Shown: positions 7,657 through 11,985 of the stretch, piece after piece | How the letters are laid out: each line of letters starts with the position of its first letter | How positions within the stretch are numbered: the first letter of the stretch is position 1 | Notes under the pieces: model-generated | What the model was told of the DNA's origin: nothing | Seen by the model: only the letters and a program-made list of their open reading frames with translations | Database searches by the model: none | Origin: Candidatus Bathyarchaeota archaeon | GTDB taxonomy: Archaea > Asgardarchaeota > Lokiarchaeia > Sigyniarchaeales > Sigyniarchaeaceae | Length of the DNA: 11,985 nt | Direction of reading: 5' to 3' | Assembly: GCA_014729935.1 (NCBI GenBank) | Contig: WJJB01000085.1 | Span: 1 to 11,985 of the forward strand | Translations under genes and position numbers: made by a program

Positions 7657-9477
7657 ATGATTTTATGTCTTTTTTCAAGAACTATCACCATGAAAGGTGA
7701 TCAGGCATTTTCGAAATCACGGAAGCGTGGAAAAATGGCATGGCTGGTCCACCACATCCTTGCCGGGAAAAATTCCATATATATCGTCTCATGGCTTGCA
7801 TTTCAAATCATCCCGACGTGGTTCGTGTCAAGAACCAGGCTGGAAGTCGGGAACGTGGTGAATGATTTCATCAATGGTGATTTTTCAGGAACCCTGCTCT
7901 CGATTCTCATGATTTTCGTGTACGCCGTGCTTGGACCCGTTATCAGCATTATTGCCAATTTCTCAAGGGAGATGATCGCGCAAAATATGGAACGGGACGT
8001 CCGAAGAGAATTCTTTCACGCGTTGCTGGACAAATCCCAAGCATTCCATGACTCCCAAAAGGTGGGAGACATCATGGCACGTTCTACCGAGGACGTGCGC
8101 TCGTTGAATCTGCTGATCAATCCTGCTCTATCCGTTCTCATGGAGGCTGCATTGATCCTCTTGATTCCCATCGTGGTGATCGCGTTTAATTATCCACCGA
8201 GCTTGCTCATCTTGCCCTTGGGGTTCATCATATCCTTCATTATATCGATATATTTCTATTATCAAAAGCTTTCACCCATTGCAAAAGCCCAACAGCGGTT
8301 GTACGGGAACTTGAACCATCACATTTTAGAGGAAATCACCGGAATGATCGTGGTAAAATCATCGGCTCGGGAAAAAGAAGCCACGGGGCATTATAATGGC
8401 ATTGCCGATGAATATCGCGCGTTGAACATCAAGATGGGAAAGCTGCAAGCAAAGAGTAAATCCGTGTATCTTGTACTATTGCTTTCCACCTCATGTCTCG
8501 TTCATGCCATTCTCTTGTATTATAATGGCAGGTTAACCGTGGGAGACATCGTGGCGTATTATTCCATCGTGCTTACCTACCAACAAGCAGCTCATTTCTC
8601 GGTGTGGGCATTCACAGCAGTAAGCAAGGCATCAGCTGGAGCAGATCGGTTGCTGGACCTGATGAACAAGGAAACGTTCATCCCGAGAACCACCACCCAC
8701 AAGAGAAGGGAAATATCTGGCGATATCGAATTCAAGAATGTCACGTTCACCTATCCCGACGAGACACGCCCGGCGCTTATTGATGTCTCCTTCAAGCTCA
8801 ATAGAAACGAAACCTTAGCCATTGTCGGGATGACGGGTTCGGGGAAATCCACCTTGATCAAGCTCATTTCACGCCTTCACGACGTGGATGGTGGGATCAT
8901 CACCATCGATGGCGTGGATATCACCCGGTATGACTTGGATGCATTGCGGCAGCACATCTCGGTAATCGAGCAGGACATTTTCCTATTTCCCGATACCATT
9001 GCACGCAATATATCGCTCGGGAGGGACTATCCCATGGAAGGCATCAAGCATGCGGCTGTCACGGCACAAGCAAATGACTTCATCCAGCAACTTCCCATGG
9101 GATACGATACGGAAATCGGGGATAAGGGAATTCAATTGAGTGGCGGGGAACGGCAAAGGATCGCCATTGCCCGCGCGTTCTTGTCCGACCCCCGTATCTT
9201 GGTTCTCGATGATTCCACATCGGCCATTGACGCGGTGACGGAAGAAAAGATCCAAAGAGCTATCGCCAACGTGCAGAAACACCGCACGACTATCCTCATC
9301 ACGCACCGGTTGAGCCAAGTGAGATGGGCGGATGCGATTATCCTCTTGCAAGGGGGGCGGGTAACTGCCACGGGAACACATGAGGAATTGATGGCTAAAT
9401 CCCGCGTGTACAGGAATATATTCATGTCCAGGTTTGAAGGTGAACTGGATGACGTGGATACCTCGGGTGATGCTTGA
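7657..9477 (+). CDS. ABC exporter half-transporter (TMD-NBD), YheI/BmrC-like subunit
   Basis: Six-helix exporter TMD followed by Walker A GMTGSGKST, signature LSGGERQRIAIARAFL, Walker B RILVLDDSTSAID and H-loop ITHRLS. The start may instead be the ATG at 7690 (MKGDQAFSK...). Confidence 0.93.
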   Translation: MILCLFSRTITMKGDQAFSKSRKRGKMAWLVHHILAGKNSIYIVSWLAFQIIPTWFVSRTRLEVGNVVNDFINGDFSGTLLSILMIFVYAVLGPVISIIANFSREMIAQNMERDVRREFFHALLDKSQAFHDSQKVGDIMARSTEDVRSLNLLINPALSVLMEAALILLIPIVVIAFNYPPSLLILPLGFIISFIISIYFYYQKLSPIAKAQQRLYGNLNHHILEEITGMIVVKSSAREKEATGHYNGIADEYRALNIKMGKLQAKSKSVYLVLLLSTSCLVHAILLYYNGRLTVGDIVAYYSIVLTYQQAAHFSVWAFTAVSKASAGADRLLDLMNKETFIPRTTTHKRREISGDIEFKNVTFTYPDETRPALIDVSFKLNRNETLAIVGMTGSGKSTLIKLISRLHDVDGGIITIDGVDITRYDLDALRQHISVIEQDIFLFPDTIARNISLGRDYPMEGIKHAAVTAQANDFIQQLPMGYDTEIGDKGIQLSGGERQRIAIARAFLSDPRILVLDDSTSAIDAVTEEKIQRAIANVQKHRTTILITHRLSQVRWADAIILLQGGRVTATGTHEELMAKSRVYRNIFMSRFEGELDDVDTSGDA

Positions 9478-11300
9478 TGCCATGGCTGGGACTAGATGCC
9501 GAGGAATATGATAGGAAATATACTGACCTCGTGCTCTTGAAGCGGATCTGGAAATACATCCCCGCGTACAAGAAGAACATGATCGCCATCATCATCACCA
9601 TCGCCATCAATGCCATGGTGGTGGGACTGCAGCCGTATCTCCTTACAATGTTGCTGGGACGCATCCAAGCGCACGGCTTGGACATGGAAATCGTCACCTT
9701 CATCGCCATCATTTTCCTGTCAAATTTCATCTCGTGGTGCTGCGGGGTTATTAATAATATCAATAACAGCATCGTCTCGAATGGCGTGGTCAGGGACCTG
9801 CGCCAGCAAGTTGCCACCTCAATCTTCTCCCTTGATATGTCATTTTTCGATAAACATCCCGCGGGAAAGGTGATCAGTAGACTCAATGCCGACACGCAAC
9901 ACGTGGGGGAAACGGTGAATCTTACCATTTCTTTCATATCAAATTTTTTCGTCATCACCATTCTCATCATCCCCGTGATGCTGGTGAATGTTTACATGGG
10001 CATCATCTACATTACCCTGATTCCCGTGATCGCTCTTTCCATCTCGTGGTTCCGCAAGGAAGCAAGGAGACGAACGTTACTGGGACACCAGGCACATGCC
10101 ACCCTCCATTCCTTCATCCAAGTGCACGTGGATGGCATCCAAATCGTGAAAAATTTTGGCTTGGAATCATCCATCAAGAACAAGTTCGATGAGGTGAACC
10201 TGCAATCCTACCATGTAAACGTGAAACGAGCTTTATTTCTCAATATCTTCTGGCCCATGCTTGAAGTGATTCAGGGCTTCCTCATCATACTCATCGTGCT
10301 CGGGGGGAAGTTCAGTGTCCAATCTGGACTCATCACCGGTACAGAGTTTTACTTGTTCATCGAGAGCATGTGGTCCCTTTGGTCGCCTCTCTTCAGGTTG
10401 GCTGCCTTCTGGCCCCAATTCCAGGTGGGACTAGCGGCCATCGAGCGGGTGTATTCGCTGCTCGATGCCGAATCTAACGTGACGCAAGATGGAGCAGTGC
10501 ACCTAGATGCCATGGAGGGAAGGATACATATCAAGGATCTCACCTTCCAATATTCTCCAGGAAAACCTGTCTTCACGGATTTATGCTTGAATGTCGCCCC
10601 AGGAGAATCCATCGCCCTGGTGGGACACACGGGGGCGGGAAAAAGCAGCATCGCTCGATTGTTATTGCGCTTGTACGAGTTCCAAGATGGGGAAATCAAC
10701 ATTGACAATGTTAACATCAGGGATGTTGATCTCCATTGGTACCGCAAGCAAGTTGCATTCATACCCCAAGCACCCTTCCTTTGGTCTGATTCCATCAGGC
10801 ATAACGTGAATTATGGCGTAGTCCGCCAAGACGATGATAGGCTATGGTGGGCACTGGAACAGGCAGGGGGGGCAGATTGGATAAGAAGGCTTGACGGGGA
10901 ACTCGAGACCATGATACGCGAGAATGGCAAGAACATCTCGATGGGGCAACGGCAACTCCTGATGTTCGCCCGCACGTTGCTGCAAGACCCCGCCATACTG
11001 ATTCTTGATGAAGCCACTGCCAGCGTTGATCCCATCACCGAAACCAAGATACAGGAAGCGCTCCACACCCTGATGAAAGACAGGACCAGCATCATCATCG
11101 CGCACCGGCTGTGGACCATCAAGCACGTGGATAGGATCATCGTGCTGGACCACGGGAAAATCGTCGAGGAGGGAACCCACGATTCACTGTTGGATCAAGG
11201 CGGGGAATACGCGTCCCTATATGAAACCTATTTCACGCATCAATCCTACGAGTTCATCGAGGGGGCCAAGCGCTTCCTTGAAAATGATGAAAATACATGA
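9477..11300 (+). CDS. ABC exporter half-transporter (TMD-NBD), YheH/BmrD-like subunit
   Basis: Walker A GHTGAGKSS, signature-like ISMGQRQLLMFARTLL, Walker B AILILDEATASVD and H-loop IAHRLW. ATG at 9477 overlaps the TGA of the preceding gene by 1 nt; the track uses a TTG at 9474. Confidence 0.93.
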   Translation: MPWLGLDAEEYDRKYTDLVLLKRIWKYIPAYKKNMIAIIITIAINAMVVGLQPYLLTMLLGRIQAHGLDMEIVTFIAIIFLSNFISWCCGVINNINNSIVSNGVVRDLRQQVATSIFSLDMSFFDKHPAGKVISRLNADTQHVGETVNLTISFISNFFVITILIIPVMLVNVYMGIIYITLIPVIALSISWFRKEARRRTLLGHQAHATLHSFIQVHVDGIQIVKNFGLESSIKNKFDEVNLQSYHVNVKRALFLNIFWPMLEVIQGFLIILIVLGGKFSVQSGLITGTEFYLFIESMWSLWSPLFRLAAFWPQFQVGLAAIERVYSLLDAESNVTQDGAVHLDAMEGRIHIKDLTFQYSPGKPVFTDLCLNVAPGESIALVGHTGAGKSSIARLLLRLYEFQDGEINIDNVNIRDVDLHWYRKQVAFIPQAPFLWSDSIRHNVNYGVVRQDDDRLWWALEQAGGADWIRRLDGELETMIRENGKNISMGQRQLLMFARTLLQDPAILILDEATASVDPITETKIQEALHTLMKDRTSIIIAHRLWTIKHVDRIIVLDHGKIVEEGTHDSLLDQGGEYASLYETYFTHQSYEFIEGAKRFLENDENT

Positions 11301-11561
11301 ATGAAAAAATCACGAGGGAATAAATTGGCGGGCATGGATGGCACCAGTTTTCTTGCGTCGATGATCCCATATTAGGCTCTTGATGGTTCCCGAGCATTAA
11401 TGCGTTCCCCCGTGTCAATTCACTAGCATTTTTTTCTACAATTCCTTTCACCTGCCGGGCAGAATGGACGATGCGAAGTCTTCACTGCAAATTCTCCACG
11501 CATGCCGCCTGAAAAGGTTAAATAGGTCCTGACATTCCCTAAAGTGGAATTCGACCGCAAA

Positions 11562-11584
11562 CATTCGATCGCATAGATCGAATG
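11562..11584. repeat. Perfect 9-bp inverted repeat with 5-nt spacer
   Basis: CATTCGATC-gcata-GATCGAATG at 11562-11584. Confidence 0.7.
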
Positions 11585-11901
11585 CTGGTAGCCAAGCCCG
11601 CCCGCGTCATGGCAAGTAGTGTGCTCAGCAAGGCACGTGAACCCACGAAATGTCGCTTGTCGACGTTCATAGCTGGCGGGGTCATGCCCGTTCCCTTATC
11701 GAACACGGAAATCGAATTCCGCCTTTCCCTTTTCCACCTCGCACCTGCGGGGGTTATCAGGAACGCACGATTGTCGATTAGAAGCAACCATGCCTGCAGC
11801 CGAGTAATGAATCTGAGTATCATCCGCTGGTTTTTTAACCGATGCCATGCTTATCCGTTCACGCGGGTGACCATGCCCGGCGAGTGCAAGGTGAGCTGAA
11901 T

Positions 11902-11985
11902 ATGGATAATCACGAGAGATTGGTTAGAACGTTAGAACATGAAGAACCAGACAGGGTTCTCGTGCACAACCGTGGCGTGCTACCC
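11902..11985 (+). CDS. Uroporphyrinogen decarboxylase (URO-D/MtaA) family protein, N-terminal fragment running off the window
   Basis: ATG at 11902 opens MDNHERLVRTLEHEEPDRVLVHNRGVLP..., resembling the family N-terminus (M-x-x-x-E-R-x-x-x-x-L-x-x-x-x-P-D-R-V); open to the window edge. Confidence 0.65.
   Translation, partial: MDNHERLVRTLEHEEPDRVLVHNRGVLP

Noticed and set aside
7657-11300. Antisense ORFs within the ABC exporter genes (8983..9483, 10349..10795, 10811..11140, 10842..11180 and others)
   Set aside because: All overlap strongly supported exporter coding sequence on the other strand and carry no recognisable domains.
11539-11899. Overlapping ORFs 11539..11823 (-) and 11582..11899 (+) as real genes
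   Set aside because: Neither shows a domain or a clear start context, and they overlap each other on opposite strands, so neither is called as a CDS.
1-11985. CRISPR array, tRNA, rRNA, prophage, toxin-antitoxin or retron-type system
   Set aside because: No regularly spaced repeats, no recognisable tRNA or rRNA sequence, no reverse transcriptase, and no phage structural or toxin-like motifs were seen by eye in any frame.

Overview
The window looks archaeal, based on gene content and TATA-like elements; this is an inference with no taxonomic marker behind it. From left to right it contains: (1) a decayed IS607-family element on the minus strand, with an apparently intact MerR-HTH/serine recombinase and only the C-terminal part of TnpB, interrupted by an in-frame TAA inside the zinc finger; (2) a minus-strand, operon-like run of a ZIP-like membrane protein, a creatininase-family amidohydrolase and a Cys-type sulfatase; (3) a plus-strand cyclase (kynurenine-formamidase-like) gene whose homology runs through three reading frames, so it is either a pseudogene or an assembly-error gene; (4) a minus-strand membrane-anchored BNR/glycosidase-like beta-propeller with a small zinc-ribbon protein downstream; (5) a plus-strand heterodimeric ABC exporter (YheI/YheH-like) with complementary degenerate and consensus nucleotide sites; (6) a mostly noncoding or decayed stretch with a perfect 9-bp inverted repeat; (7) the first 28 codons of a uroporphyrinogen-decarboxylase-family gene, which is not in the supplied ORF track. 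I found no CRISPR array, tRNA, rRNA, or convincing new defence system. The most informative observations are the broken TnpB, the doubly frameshifted cyclase, the ZIP-like protein with a charged cytoplasmic insertion, and the surface propeller beside a zinc ribbon.
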